Part shown: positions 1 through 12,500 of the stretch, one piece after another
Numbering within the stretch: position 1 is the first letter of the stretch
Layout: every line of letters begins with the position of its first letter
Assembly: GCA_040954595.2 (NCBI GenBank)
Contig: CM082591.2
Location: 8,710,293-8,774,292, forward strand
From: Balanoglossus misakiensis
Taxonomy: Eukaryota; Animalia; Hemichordata
Direction of reading: 5' to 3'
DNA: 64,000 nt
The notes under the pieces: generated by a model
Database searches by the model: none
Seen by the model: only the letters and a program-made list of their open reading frames with translations
Told to the model about the DNA's origin: nothing
Made by a program: the position numbers and the translations under genes

Positions 1-487
1 ACAATAGACACCGACCACAACAATAACACGGAAGTTATCATCCGAAACAGGTGCGAATTGATTATTTCTTCAGACTCCCTCCCTATATTTTACACATGGT
101 GACATTTACTAGTGTCCTCTACAGCTATTTTGCAGAATTATTCTCTTCAAAACTGAAAAATTACTGACTATTATTACGGGCTTCTTCGACGTCCGACGCG
201 ACGACGTGTCGCCGCCGGGCGCCGGCCCGGGTAAAGTTATGCTAGTTCAAGTTACGTTCACTTCTACTGGAGCCGAATCATCGCAAAATAATTACTTTAA
301 GATGTTAGCCGTTTCATAAATAGAGAAAAAAACTGTGATGTGGTACATTGGCGATATTCTCGAATATTTCTCTGATCGGTAACAAGTTACGGGCATCGCA
401 TCGGCAGCTCGTTTCGGCGGTAAAACAAAGACCGCTGCCGGGGATGCAGCTGAAGGTCTCGGTCGTCTTCTACCTCGATGTTCTCAG
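1..487 (+). repeat. Left long inverted repeat of ISL2EU-type element (truncated by window edge)
   Basis: Reverse complement of 3537-3993, with a few substitutions and ~30 extra GC-rich nt at ~195-224 in the left arm. Confidence 0.95.
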
Positions 488-1527
488 TCGCTTCAAGACC
501 CCTCGTCGATAGAAGTAGAAAACAGTTTCGGCCTGACGGACATTTTCCGGAGGAAAACGACGATGCCAGACGTTCAAACCTGCTTGGCATCTTGCAGACG
601 TCAGTTCCCGATGGTTGTTACCAAGCCATGCGTGAGAAAACTTTCCAAGCATCGGAAGAAGTATCGGACTGTGTAATAATCGACGGATTCTCCGAGGAAA
701 CAGAGTCAATTTTGTTGGATGACCCAAAAGAAATGGAAGAAAATGAAATTTTAAAGATTGCAAATTTATCCAATACTACTGATGAATTTCTTTCAAAACT
801 TAAGAATATAAATTATAGTGATTATGATATTCATATGTTAGAAAGCAAAACTGTAGGTCAGCATTGTAACAGTTTATGGCGCAAGCAACGTACCGGAAGA
901 CTGACTGCATCAAAGTTTTACTCAATATATACAAAGGTGAATACAATTAAAAGTCATGCAAATAATGTACATAATGTTGATTCTCTTTTAAAAACAATAT
1001 TTGGACATGATAGTTCTATTGACACTGTTGAATCCGTTAAGCACGGTCGAACACTTGAACCAGAAGTGAAGAAATTGTACATCGACCTGATGAGCAAACA
1101 TGAAGGGTTTTGTCAAAGGGAGTGTGGTCTGTTCATTGATAAGCAGAAGCCTTATCTTGGTGCTTCTCCCGATCTTGTTGTAAGCTGTAAATGTTGTTGA
1201 GTGGGATTAATGGAATGTAAATGTCCCTTCCGAGTTCGCCATGAAGTTCCGTCGGTGTATAATTTAGAGTACATACAATTAGATGATAGTGGAAGTGTTA
1301 AATTGAAAAAGAATCACCATTATTTTGCACAAGTTCAAGGTCAGATGGCAATAACCGGCACACAGTGGTGTGATCTTTTCATATATACTTTTGCAGGGCA
1401 TCTTAAATTTCGTGTTTACTTCGATGAGAAATATTGGTCAGACCTTGTGACCAACCTCGACTATTTTTTTCATACATATGTAACTAATGAGTTATTAACT
1501 TCTTCTGTACCTTATAATTGTCAATGA
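478..1527 (+). pseudogene. YqaJ/lambda-exonuclease-like protein, one in-frame TGA at 1198-1200
   Basis: Motifs TVGQ..NSLW...RTGRLTASKF, HGRTLE, CGLFID...YLGASPDLVVSCKCC*VGLMECKCP and YFAQVQGQMAITGTQWCDL. The two track ORFs are in the same frame, separated by a single stop. Confidence 0.9.
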
Positions 1528-1544
1528 GGGATGGTGTGCGTATA

Positions 1545-1554
1545 GGTGCGTGTT

Positions 1555-1593
<39 letters not shown>
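1545..1593. repeat. (TG)n microsatellite
   Basis: Direct TG run between the convergent stop codons. Confidence 0.95.
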
Positions 1594-1595
<2 letters not shown>

Positions 1596-1760
1596 AAGAC
1601 TTATAGTACTTATAGTACATTTAGAATTTCATATCAGGAAAGAAATAAAATGAGAAGTTTTTTATTTGAAAATTAACATTGTATTTATTTCGTTACTCAC
1701 AATATTGTGGAAAAAAACCGTGTTCTATAACACTACATGGTCCATACATCAGATCATGGC

Positions 1761-3398
1761 TCACATACACAGTTTTGGATATGTGTTACATATCGCTGCA
1801 CATATCGTAACGATGTCATCAGCTTTATCTAAAAGTGTGATTGGAAGCTCATTTTTCAAAATTTTGAATGTTTTCAACCTTCTTATAGCTTTTTCAACAA
1901 ATATTCTCAAGTTTGCAATTTCTTTTGTTCGTAGAACGTCACGTTGGGACATTTGTTCGTCACCGCGTTTGCCAGGAGGCATGTGGAGATGACAGTGTCT
2001 AAGTAAGAGGTCATCAGCAATAGTATAACCTTTGTCTGCCATTATTTCGTCATTGTATTCCAGTATGTCGTAAAACCCGCACTGTCGAGTCAAGTAAACG
2101 TCAGACGTTCTCCCACCCCATGTCTCAGATATAAAATTAAACATCCCACATGGCATAATTGAAACTAAAAATTTAATTGTTTCATGATGTTTGTATTCAG
2201 AAAATGTGGCTGCACGCACAACCGGATCCTTTGGTGCTTCAATGAAAACCTCGGTACAATCTATAATGTGTCTAACATTCTTATATTTTGATTTTCTGAA
2301 TTTCGTGGGACAGTGTTGACTTGCCACTTCTCTCGGGGGATTGTAAATTAGACATTTCCATTCACGAGCTAAAAATCGCAACCACGTATTGATGATGTTA
2401 CTAACAGTGCTTGAACTTACACCAAAACGGTCAGCCAGATCTGCATTTGTGCTCCCGAGACGCAACTTCATCAGTGTTAGAAGGAATTCATCCTTTTGTC
2501 GGAGTCGGCGACTTGGTCCAGATTTTGTTGGCGTCCGGGTAAACCTACGCACCCTAGTTGACAGTTTGCTCGGGCCCAGCCAGTATTTCAGTTTCAATGC
2601 CTTAATTCGAATAACATTATCAAATAAATTATCAAAAGTTTTTTTGTTTGGCAGTCCTGTAAAAAGTCTCGTTTTTCTATCATCAGAAAGATTTACATGA
2701 CTGAAAGGCTGTTTGATTTTGTCGGTGAGTTTTTTTTCCAGATTATCCACCTCTCGTTTCAATATACCTGTATATTGCCTCAGCAGGTGAATCTCCCTGT
2801 CTTTGGCTTTCAATTTCTCGGCACATATTTCATTTGTACATGTGCTGGGTTCACAAGGTGGAGAGCAATAATCATGATCGTTTGTAGGCTTATGAGTTAA
2901 TATGGGTGATGGTGGTGTAAATGACGGCATATTGGCAGAGTCCTGTGGTGCATCGCTGGTTGTTGGCAAAGATGCGCATTCGCCACTTCCACTATCAGTA
3001 TCACACTCGACTATGTCAACGACCCTGCTCACTGGACTCCGTCTGGACTTGATGACGTGCCGTTTAGAATCAACATAGCCGAGGTGCAGAATGGGATCAG
3101 GGTGTTTACTCGTTGGTCTACCGTCTATGAAATGGCGAGAACAAACCCTGGAATATCTGTTTGGTTTCCAATTTTTGCCGGTAGCGTCTTTTCGATTGAT
3201 CAATCGTTGCCATCTGAGTCTTCCTGATGCATCTTTGAGTGCCGTTGGAAACGGGAAAAGGGCAAATGGTGGAGGACAATTGCACCGACCCTGTCCAAAT
3301 AAGCAATTGTGATTTGAACAGACCTCTGTCATCCATTTTTCCAACCTGGCGCCACTGTTTCCACAGTTGACTACGCAGCAATTACGATGTCCTGGCAT
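1761..3398 (-). CDS. ISL2EU/Harbinger-family transposase (THAP, HTH_Tnp_4, DDE_Tnp_4), 545 aa, apparently intact
   Basis: THAP-like CCVVNC...FPFP...W...RVCSRHF..P; HTH LMKLRLG..NADLADRFGVSSSTVS; catalytic motifs IIDCTE, YKHHETIKFLV, WGGRTSD, MADKGY, RIFVEKAIRRLK. Confidence 0.93.
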   Translation of the reverse strand: MPGHRNCCVVNCGNSGARLEKWMTEVCSNHNCLFGQGRCNCPPPFALFPFPTALKDASGRLRWQRLINRKDATGKNWKPNRYSRVCSRHFIDGRPTSKHPDPILHLGYVDSKRHVIKSRRSPVSRVVDIVECDTDSGSGECASLPTTSDAPQDSANMPSFTPPSPILTHKPTNDHDYCSPPCEPSTCTNEICAEKLKAKDREIHLLRQYTGILKREVDNLEKKLTDKIKQPFSHVNLSDDRKTRLFTGLPNKKTFDNLFDNVIRIKALKLKYWLGPSKLSTRVRRFTRTPTKSGPSRRLRQKDEFLLTLMKLRLGSTNADLADRFGVSSSTVSNIINTWLRFLAREWKCLIYNPPREVASQHCPTKFRKSKYKNVRHIIDCTEVFIEAPKDPVVRAATFSEYKHHETIKFLVSIMPCGMFNFISETWGGRTSDVYLTRQCGFYDILEYNDEIMADKGYTIADDLLLRHCHLHMPPGKRGDEQMSQRDVLRTKEIANLRIFVEKAIRRLKTFKILKNELPITLLDKADDIVTICAAICNTYPKLCM

Positions 3399-3536
3399 TC
3401 TTAGACCTAGATAAAATACAATTTATAATAATTTTCTGATTGAATCATTACTAGCCCCCCTATAGTCAAAATAACAAGTGGGTCTCACAACACGCAACTC
3501 GTAGTAAGTCAGAATGACTTTTAGTGACTTTCAGGC

Positions 3537-3993
3537 CTGAGGACATCGAGGTAGAAGACGACCGAGACCTTCAGCTGCATCCCCGGCAGCGGTCTTTGTT
3601 TTACCGCCGAAACGAGCTGCCGATGCGATGCCCGTAACTTGTTACCGATCAGAGAAATATTCGAGAATATCGCCAATGTACCACATCACAGTTTTTTTCT
3701 CTATTTATGAAACGGCTAACATCTTAAAGTAATTATTTTGCGATGATTCGGCTCCAGTAGAAGTGAACGTAACTTGAACTAGCATAACTTTACCCGGGCC
3801 GGACGTCGAAGAAGCCCGTAATAATAGTCAGTAATTTTTCAGTTTTGAAGAGAATAATTCTGCAAAATAGCTGTAGAGGACACTAGTAAATGTCACCATG
3901 TGTAAAATATAGGGAGGGAGTCTGAAGAAATAATCAATACGCACCTGTTTCGGACGATAACTTCCGTGTTATTGTTGTGGTCAGTGTCTATTG
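3537..3993 (-). repeat. Right long inverted repeat of ISL2EU-type element (probably extends to ~4620)
   Basis: ctgaggacatcgaggtagaagacg...gtgtctattgt is the reverse complement of 1-487. Confidence 0.95.
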
Positions 3994-4629
3994 TTTACCC
4001 TGGTTACGCAAGAGAGCGCCCGTTGATGCCCACTTGACCTTTGCCCCAACCCCACAATGCATCGCGCGCCTGAGATTCGTGATTCGTGTATCCCGCAGAT
4101 GCCACCAATTGTGACGGAAGCCCGGGCGTTCCGCCTATGGAAAACCGGTAGCGCAGACGGACCCGCTCGAGCCTCTCACAAACAGCGCTGTCTTCACACA
4201 CGCGGCGGTAGGAACTCGCCGGAAAGCAAGCGTCTCGTCGAAGAAATCTGCCCACACCGAGCAGCTGAGGTAAACACGTCTCAGATCTCGCGATCGGTGA
4301 CCCGGGCCGGCTATCCGGGAGGGATGAAACAGGACTAAACAGGAAAAGTCGCACAGGGCCGAAACTGGGGTTCCTTCCTCAACAGTACCACGCCAAAACT
4401 CTACAAAACAACATGGTTGCAGGCTAAAACGAGGCTAAACATGTGACCCAGAACGCACTTCTGATTGGTGTAGATACACCAAGGGCAAGATAGGGAAAAC
4501 CATCCATCCTTGTCAACCGTACAAGACAACCCAAAACGGTCACCATGGTAACACCACCACGACAGTGAAGCCATAGAAAAACACCATGCCAAATAATAAA
4601 TCACATGGAATAGCAATTCCATAACAACA

Positions 4630-5600
4630 TATATATCATGAGTGATTTACATAATTATTTATATTTAATTAATTATTTATAAATAATTTAAGTGCAAGTC
4701 TATGATATATATATCATGAGTGATTTACATAATTATTTATATATAATGAATTATTAGCTCTGCTGTCACTTGTGTCAGCCGAGCAGTAGCAGTAGGTTGA
4801 TAAGTGTCCGTCCGTCGTCCGTCCGTCGCCCGTCAACTTTTAGTATTTCAATCTTCTTCTTTAAAACGACATGGCATATTTAGCTGAAATTTGGGTGGAA
4901 TGTGTGTTATGGTGCCTCTACCAGTCCCCAGACCAGGAACTGGCGACCCGCCGTTTGTTTCCAACGCCAAATTTGATTCTAATGTTGAATTTACGAGAAA
5001 ACAATTTATCTGACCTGTAGTTTTCTTGGCTCGCTTACGTTTTAATTTGGAAATTTACTTTAACAAATCATACGCCACCGTTTTGATGACTGGCCCCTAT
5101 TTTAATAATGGTATCGCCATTACCGGCCAACCTTTGACCTCGGGGACCACAATGTGGAGCTTTCGATCAGCTTTTCGCGTTTCAATCAAACATTGAAATC
5201 ACGGGCTAAAATCACTGACTAGTTTATACCTTTTTCGCTGTTTCATCTAACCTTTGAAAGGAGTATAGTAAAAATGAAATGACGGCGTGTAATGTGCATT
5301 TCTTGTTCACGTGTGGAGACTATATGTGTGCGTAATGATCCAAATGCAGGGGTTGTGTGAACAGGCCTTAAATAATGAGTTGGCGTTAAGTAATGAGTTG
5401 GCGTTAAATAATAAGTTGACAAACGGCGAGAGTGCATTTTTCATGGTTTAGAAATCACTTATTTATATATAATTCATTATATATGAATAATTATGTAAAG
5501 CACTCATGATATATATATATAATAGACTTGCACTTAAATTATTTATAAATAATTAAGTAAATATAAATAATTATGTAAATCACTCATGATATATATATAT
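4630..5600. repeat. ~125-bp AT-rich inverted repeat pair (4630-4752 / 5471-5597) with repeated atcatgagtgatttacataatt motif
   Basis: The arms are near-exact reverse complements. Further motif copies continue to ~5680. Confidence 0.85.
4753..4910 (+). mobile_element. Helentron-associated (HINE/DINE-1-like) fragment
   Basis: ttagctctgc...ccgagcag subterminal IR, then (GTCC)n microsatellite, then atcttcttct...gctgaaatttgg, the usual HINE layout. Confidence 0.55.
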
Positions 5601-8067
5601 ACACTTAAATTTGTATTATTTATAAATAATTTATGATATATAAATAATTATGTAAATCACTCATGATATATATATAATACACTTACATTTTTATTATTTA
5701 TAATTAAATTGTCAGGACTTAAATGGTTTGCAAATCTATAATTACATACATATAAGTATGTTAAATAACGACTTTTGAACAAATAATACAGCTAAATAAT
5801 AAGTTAACACATGGCACCCCATACGGCCCACCCGAATAGAACTCAACTAGCAGTAAGTTGCATGTATATAATGTTGATACCCATTTACTAAAATTCCCTA
5901 GTAAAACGTTTACTTACATTCATCAAAGTGGTATCTGACAGATTTTCTTGCCGACGTCGACTTCACTGCTGGCAACTTGGCTTCTGTCGTCTGCAGCGGA
6001 TAGCTCCAAAACGAGGCTGGGCGGAAATGACGCAATGCAAGAGACGCGCTTTTTAAAAAATATAGCTCCGTTTTGTCAGATAACGGTAAAGTATCATCTA
6101 CGCAGTACGTGTAAAAAAAACTGTAATTTGTTTTCACGTTTAATTCTATCAAATGAAAATATACAACATCATGCTTGGATATTGGAGCATATTTTCTACG
6201 AAGATGGTATTTTTCTAACCAATTGTATGTGGATTTACCAAAAAGTGTGTTTCTTCAAAGCATTTGGTAAGGATCTCTGACGAAATAAAATACAGTACAC
6301 TGTCGATCATTCAGTTCAGCTTACTATTTACACGATATCGGAAACTTGATCGTACTACTGTCGTATCTCTGACAGAGATAAGTGGCATACTGAAGGATTC
6401 AAATTGCTAAGCAATGGTAGATATGGATATTTTTTCAAAATCAAGCAAAATGCTACTTTTTCTTGATTTTCTTTACATTGATTGATACAGAACCATGTCA
6501 GTGAGTGAGTGAGCGGTTGGTGATTAACGTGAGTGAGTGAATGAGTTTAGGAATTTGTTATGGACCGGTTTAATAATCATGATGAAGACATTGCCTCAGA
6601 AATAATTAACAGCATTGTGTGTCGGGTAATATTTTTGTTGCTCATTTTCACGAAAATGTATAATAAACTCTGAAAATTATCGCCCGTTTTTGTTCATCCA
6701 TTCTTGGCAGTGGCCGGCTACCGTACAACAATAAACAGTGAGTGGACTATTTTGTTATTGTTTAATACAATTGCCCTGTATGTCCCTTGAACAATTATAT
6801 AATCTTTTTCTTCAGATTATGACAGAAATTTCAAGAAAAAGAGTAAGTACTTCCTACAAGAGGTACTTGAAGGCCCAAACTGGTTATGACAGTATTCCTA
6901 CAAGTTCAAAACGATCGTTTATGGAAAGTCTGGCTCACGTTCATAATGAGAATGAGGACAACACTGCAACTGTTCCGGATGTTACATCTCATTCTGTAAC
7001 CAGTGACCAAGACGCTGATGGGACTGCATCAGATAATTACAATCGGCATACTCCAAACTTAGATTCTGAACATCACGACCAACAGGGGAATGTCAGGTAC
7101 GTTTATGACATAGTTAAACATTACACAAATTACACACACTACCCAATGGCAGACTTATGGCAGACTGTACTCATAAAATTCGGCTCTATTTTTAAACATC
7201 TTCGTGTTATTTTATTTTAGGTTAGTACCTTTACATTTTGTGTGTTTCTAAGGCAAATGATCAATTGCTTTCCAACTTTTGATTTTTGAATATCACCTCG
7301 GATTGGTCATTTTTGTTCGATTATATTTCTTACCTGTGTGTCGCTCGTTTGTAAACGTTGTAACCGCGTATCGTGTACTCGTATGTGACGTGAGCTGCTG
7401 CTGGTAATCGGGCACGTACACAGTACGTGGCGACCCTGTGATTTATGCAAATATTATTCACGTAATAAGCCACCAGACCACCCATATCTTTTTACCGGGC
7501 GCAGCATTCATTTACTAGTTCGTAGTACTAAATTGTGTACGGTGAATGTGTTTGAGTTCAAAACCAATTGACTTGAGTCTTTCTTGTATATACATGTACG
7601 TGTCTTATTTTCTTTGTATCAATGTCGGTTGAGAATTCACTTGTCTTTTGTTATTTAGTTAATGGAAATGCAGGGTTTGTACGTGACAAATGCTATCCGG
7701 AGTCCAGAGGTCGCGTTTACGTGTAAATCCTGTGCATTTGATACGCAAAAGAGGCATTCAGGACGCAATATTTCCTTGACCTGCAAGCATCGGGAACGCA
7801 TAGCATGTAACTCAGTACGCGTTTCTAAGACAAACCGTGCACTCACGAGTCTGTGGGAATATATATGCACACTCTAAAGTGCAGTGACACGCGTAAGCAC
7901 ACACGTCACCTGATTATTCCGAGCATTTGTTAAAATGTTGCAATATTTCGCGTTGCCACACTAATAAAAGTTTTAGCGATGATTAGTGTCCACTAACTAA
8001 GGGCGTTTGACATTTCTCGTGGTCATGAGGACACAGTCACTTCAAGCATGCTTCAAGGTCACGGAGA

Positions 8068-8270
8068 TAGACCATGAGCCAGTAGGGGTTTACCTCCCCC
8101 GCCCGGGGGAATTTTTGAGACAATGTTTTTCTGAAAGCCTATCATATACTGAGTAAAATTCACTTTGTTTGCCATCTGGGCACCGGGGCGTTTTCGAGTT
8201 ATTGGCTTCTAAATTATATTGGGTAACGTATGTAGGAAAGCCTAAAAGTGCATATAAATTGACGTAGGGG
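8068..8270 (+). repeat. Extra copy of the first ~200 bp of the fold-back terminus (tagaccatgagccagtagggg...)
   Basis: Near-identical to 9606-9808 and to the reverse complement of 14120-14324. Confidence 0.9.
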
Positions 8271-9532
8271 TTTTTTTTTTTTTTTTTTGTAATGATCTGA
8301 TACTTTTTTTTTTTTTTTTTTTTATTTATTTCCATTCATTTAATCTTACATGTATCATAAAGATAAATCGTGTTTTGATGAAAAAAAATAAATAAATAAA
8401 TAAAAAATAATACTATATAAAAAGAGATTCACCAGGTACATTTGTTTAACAAAATAATTACATCTCAGACGGAAGCAAGGATTTTCTTCCAATAATGGGT
8501 GAAATCTAGATTATTATTCCTTTTGAGTATTTGGTGCATAAATTGTAGATATCTGTAAAATATATCGAAATTGGTTTTTGCTCTAATGCTGTTAATATCA
8601 TGTTGTAAATGGACCCATGAAGCGAATACACAATACTTTGCAATAGTAATGACAATGTTTACAAATCTATAAAGAGGATGACTGTACATAGTTTTGTAAC
8701 CAAGAATAATAGTTTCTAAGTCGACCTCATGACATATGCCAAGTTTGCTGAGCAAAGCAGATAAACGCTGCCAAAAATCCCCTAAACGTTGACATTTTAA
8801 AAATAGATGCTCATAAGAATCAGTTACATTACAAAGACAACATAGATCATTTTTACTAATTTTCCATCTTAAAAGATTGATGCCACATGGCAAAATGTTA
8901 TGCATAATCTTAAAGTTAAATTCAGCAAGTTTCCTATCACAACACAATCCAGTCGTTTGGTTAACCCATATAGTTCTCCACTGTAGTGGAGTAGTCATGG
9001 TCAAACGACGATTCCATGTATTTTCACAATATGGACGAATAAAACGATTTTGCACAAAAATACTGTAAAAAAATTTTGAAGTAAGGCGAGACAGATCATT
9101 AGGTAAAACAAAAACTTTTCCATTGACATGAAGAAAATTCTTTTCTCTACGCATCTGATGCAACTGAGTACCTTTCAACACAGACTTCCATTCTCTGGGA
9201 ATAAGATTCCGCAACTTCATCCATTCAACTATCCAATTTGACTTATTCTCGAGTTTTTGTAACAACAGTGTAGGTGGAAGAAAATCGCCGTTGGTATCGA
9301 CAATGTCCTGGACATAGATAATATTTGAGTGAATCCAACCAGGGAAAAAAAGAGTCTTACCATTATCTGAAATGTTGACATTACCCCAGATAATTTGATT
9401 ACGCACATCTAAATGACTGAGTTTGGATAAAGTGACGCAACCACCTTTTGCACTATGCCAAGCTGAAATTACTTGTTTATAGAAAAAGGGAATTCTCTCG
9501 AGAAATGGGAAACAGGAAATGTTGCTAAAGTT
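8271..9532 (-). mobile_element. 5'-truncated L1/Tx1-clade LINE (ORF2 C-terminus with zf-RVT, 3'UTR, polyA)
   Basis: ORF 8465-9565 has PFFYKQVISAW, QIIWGN, FNFKIMHNILPCG, CCLC...DSYEHLFLKC..L..FW. Poly-T tracts at 8271-8325 on + are the polyA tail. Confidence 0.88.
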
Positions 9533-12500
9533 GAAATGCATCAGCGTAATTGGTGAGAATAACACAGCAGAGAATGCTCAGCATGCATCTTCGAAGAAAG
9601 GGTCTTAGACCATGAGCCAGTAGGGGTTTACCCCCCCCCCCGGGGGAATTTTTGAGACAATGTTTTTCTGAAAGCCTATCATATACTGAGTAAAATTCAC
9701 TTTGTTTGCCATCTGGGCACCGGGGCGTTTTCGAGTTATTGGCTTCTAAATTATATTGGGTAACGTATGTAGGAAAGCCTAAAGTGCATATAAATTGACG
9801 TAGGGGGGTAAATTAGTCTTGTAAAATACTGTCTCTCTGAATGTATACCTAGAACAACAGGGAAGTATTTGGTATCAAAAGAAAGCTTAATAAACAAGCT
9901 TTCCATTAATTACAAAATAAAAGTGATATGACAAATCATGACATCAAAGTGACGTCATAAGTCAAAATACCCTTACGAAAATGGTGTTCTGTTCACCTAT
10001 AAATGTGAGGTTTTGCAAAACACGTCTCTGAGCAATTGTACTGATGAAAACTGTGATGTGTTTGGTATCAACAGAAAGCTGATTCAGTAAAGTATCTAAT
10101 TATTGCAAAAAATTGATATAATAATCAATTACGTCATCATTACGTCATACTTCCAAGTACCCTTACCAATTAGTGACTATGATGACAAGTTATTACCCTA
10201 GGAGATAGGTGCCTTTAAATAAAAAAATTGGTAAGGAAGGTTTGTGAACTCCATTCTATGTAAACAATGGTGCTGATTCCAAAAAAGTCAGTCTTATTGA
10301 CCCCACCCAAGACAAAATTGCCAGGCCAAGGTCATTTTTAGAAAACACTAAAAACACACTATTTTCGTCACATTCGAAGATCTGATGACATATGATATGC
10401 CTATTCTATGTAAAATTTGGTTGATATTACGAAAAAAGCAGTCTGACTGACCCCATCCTAGACAAAATTGCCATTTTGGCACTTTTTTGCCCAAAGAAGG
10501 TCATTTTTAGAAAACACTAAAAACACACTGTTTTCATTACATTCGAAGATCTGATGAAATATGATATGCCTATTCTATGTAAAATTTGGTTTAAATTACG
10601 AAAAAAGCAGTCCGACTGACCCCAAACGAGACAGAATTGCCTTTTTGACCATTTTTTGCCCAAAAACGTCATTTTTAGACAAAACTTAAAACACACTCTT
10701 CTCTTCATATTGATTGATTTGATGATATATGGAAAGTCAATTCTATGTGTAAAGTGGTGACTATAAAACATAAAGCAGTCTTTTTGACCCCAATCAATAC
10801 AAAAATGCCATTTTTGGCCACATTTTTGAGGTCAAAAAAGGTCATTTTTACAAAAAAACTAAAAACAAACTGTTTTCTTCATATTCAGAGATCATGTGAT
10901 ATATGAAAAGTTTATGCTATGTAAAATAGTTCTGATTCCAGAAATAGCAGCCTTATTGACCCCCACTCAAGGCAAATGTGCCATTTTTGCCACTTTTTGC
11001 CCCAAAAATGTCATTTTTTGAAAACACTCAAAACTTATACATTTTCTTCACTTTCGGAGATCTGATAATGTATTATATACCCACCCTGTGTAAAATTTGG
11101 TAGGTATTCAAAAAAGTAGGTTATTGGCGCCACTCAAGATTAAAGTGCGTTTTTTGGCAAGTTTTTGCCCAAAAAGGCCATTAAAAAAAATAAGCAAACT
11201 TTTTTCTTTATATTTGGAAATTTGATCATGTATGAAAAGTCCATTTATGGAAAAATTGGTGTTGACTCTAGAAAAAGCAATCTTATTGATCTCAATGAAG
11301 ATGAAAATACTTTTTGCCCAAAAAGGGTCATTTTTTAGAAAATACTAAAAACATGCTATTTTTTTCCCTTTGGTGATCTAATAATAAATAAAAGTCCCTT
11401 CTATCTTAAAAGTAGCGATTTTTCCAAAAAAGCACTCTTACTGACTTCACAGAGGGAAAAAATGCCATTTTGGCCACTTTGCTCAAAAAAGGTAACTGTT
11501 TGAAACTTCTTTCTTTATTTTCAGAGATCTTATGATGTACGGAGAAGGTCCATTTTTGTTGAAAGGGAGCCGATTCCAAAAAAAAATTATTTTCAGCCCT
11601 ACAAAATTGTCATTTTGGCCATTTTTTGGTCAAAAAGGTCATTTCAAGAAAAAATGAAAACAAGCTGTTTTTTCTTCGTATTTAAATGTTTGATTATGAA
11701 TGGAAAGTCCATTTTTTGCAAAAAATATGCTGATACCAACACAACAGTCTTATTAAGACCCCACTCAATACAAAATTGCCACTAAGCCATCTTCTAGTCA
11801 ACAATTGTCTTTTTCAGAAAACAAAGTAATTGGTGTTTTTTGCCTTTTGAGTTTTGATGTTATATTTGCATATTTAAAATGTCATACCATATGATATCAG
11901 TTGAATTGATGATATTGAAAGGCAGAGTTGCCACAATTTGGCACATTTAGCCTAAAATGGAACTCAACAATAAAACGAGACGATCCATGTATTCACACTG
12001 TATACTATAAGTCGGTTATACATGGTATAATTTTTTTTATGTACATCTATACCAGCTCCGGATAGATTGTTGACATTTATCCTCTTCGTTCTGAATACAA
12101 AATCAGAAATTATATTATATCATGATACCTCCGTCATTTTGATTGGACAGGGGTGCAATCCCACGATGCTAAATACTCAATAGAGCTAAAACTGGACCCT
12201 GAACTAGCACACAACAGGGAAAATGTGGGTTTAAACCTAATAAATATAATAAAAACTCTTAAATTCCTTAACGTTTCAATTTGGAGATGCTCTAAGTGAA
12301 TAGTTGGGACTTTGCCATGTGCAGTGCCTGTCTTTTTGTCGCCTGTATCATGTTTAATGCTTGGTCCTGGGCGACGTGTTTAGATTCATCGATGCGACTT
12401 TGGTTCAATTCGTATAACTTCTTTTCATCGTCGCAAACCACGGCCCTTTTACGGCAGCGCTCTGCTCCCCGCAAAGAGGCCGTGGTATAATACGGCCATG

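Larger units (their letters stand above)
1..4620. mobile_element. ISL2EU-type (PIF/Harbinger-related) DNA transposon
   Basis: Convergent THAP+DDE_Tnp_4 transposase and YqaJ exonuclease inside long inverted repeats, the gene content known for ISL2EU. The right end is inferred at ...gcaattcc|at (GG..CC ends, AT TSD pattern); the left end lies outside the window. Confidence 0.75.

Noticed and set aside
1198-1200. TGA as selenocysteine or readthrough in YqaJ (CKCC*)
   Set aside because: This position is normally Gly (CxCCG), so a GGA>TGA nonsense change is simpler; no SECIS was recognised.
2389-3381. ORFs overlapping the ISL2EU transposase (antisense or alternate frame)
   Set aside because: Shadow ORFs with no recognisable motifs.
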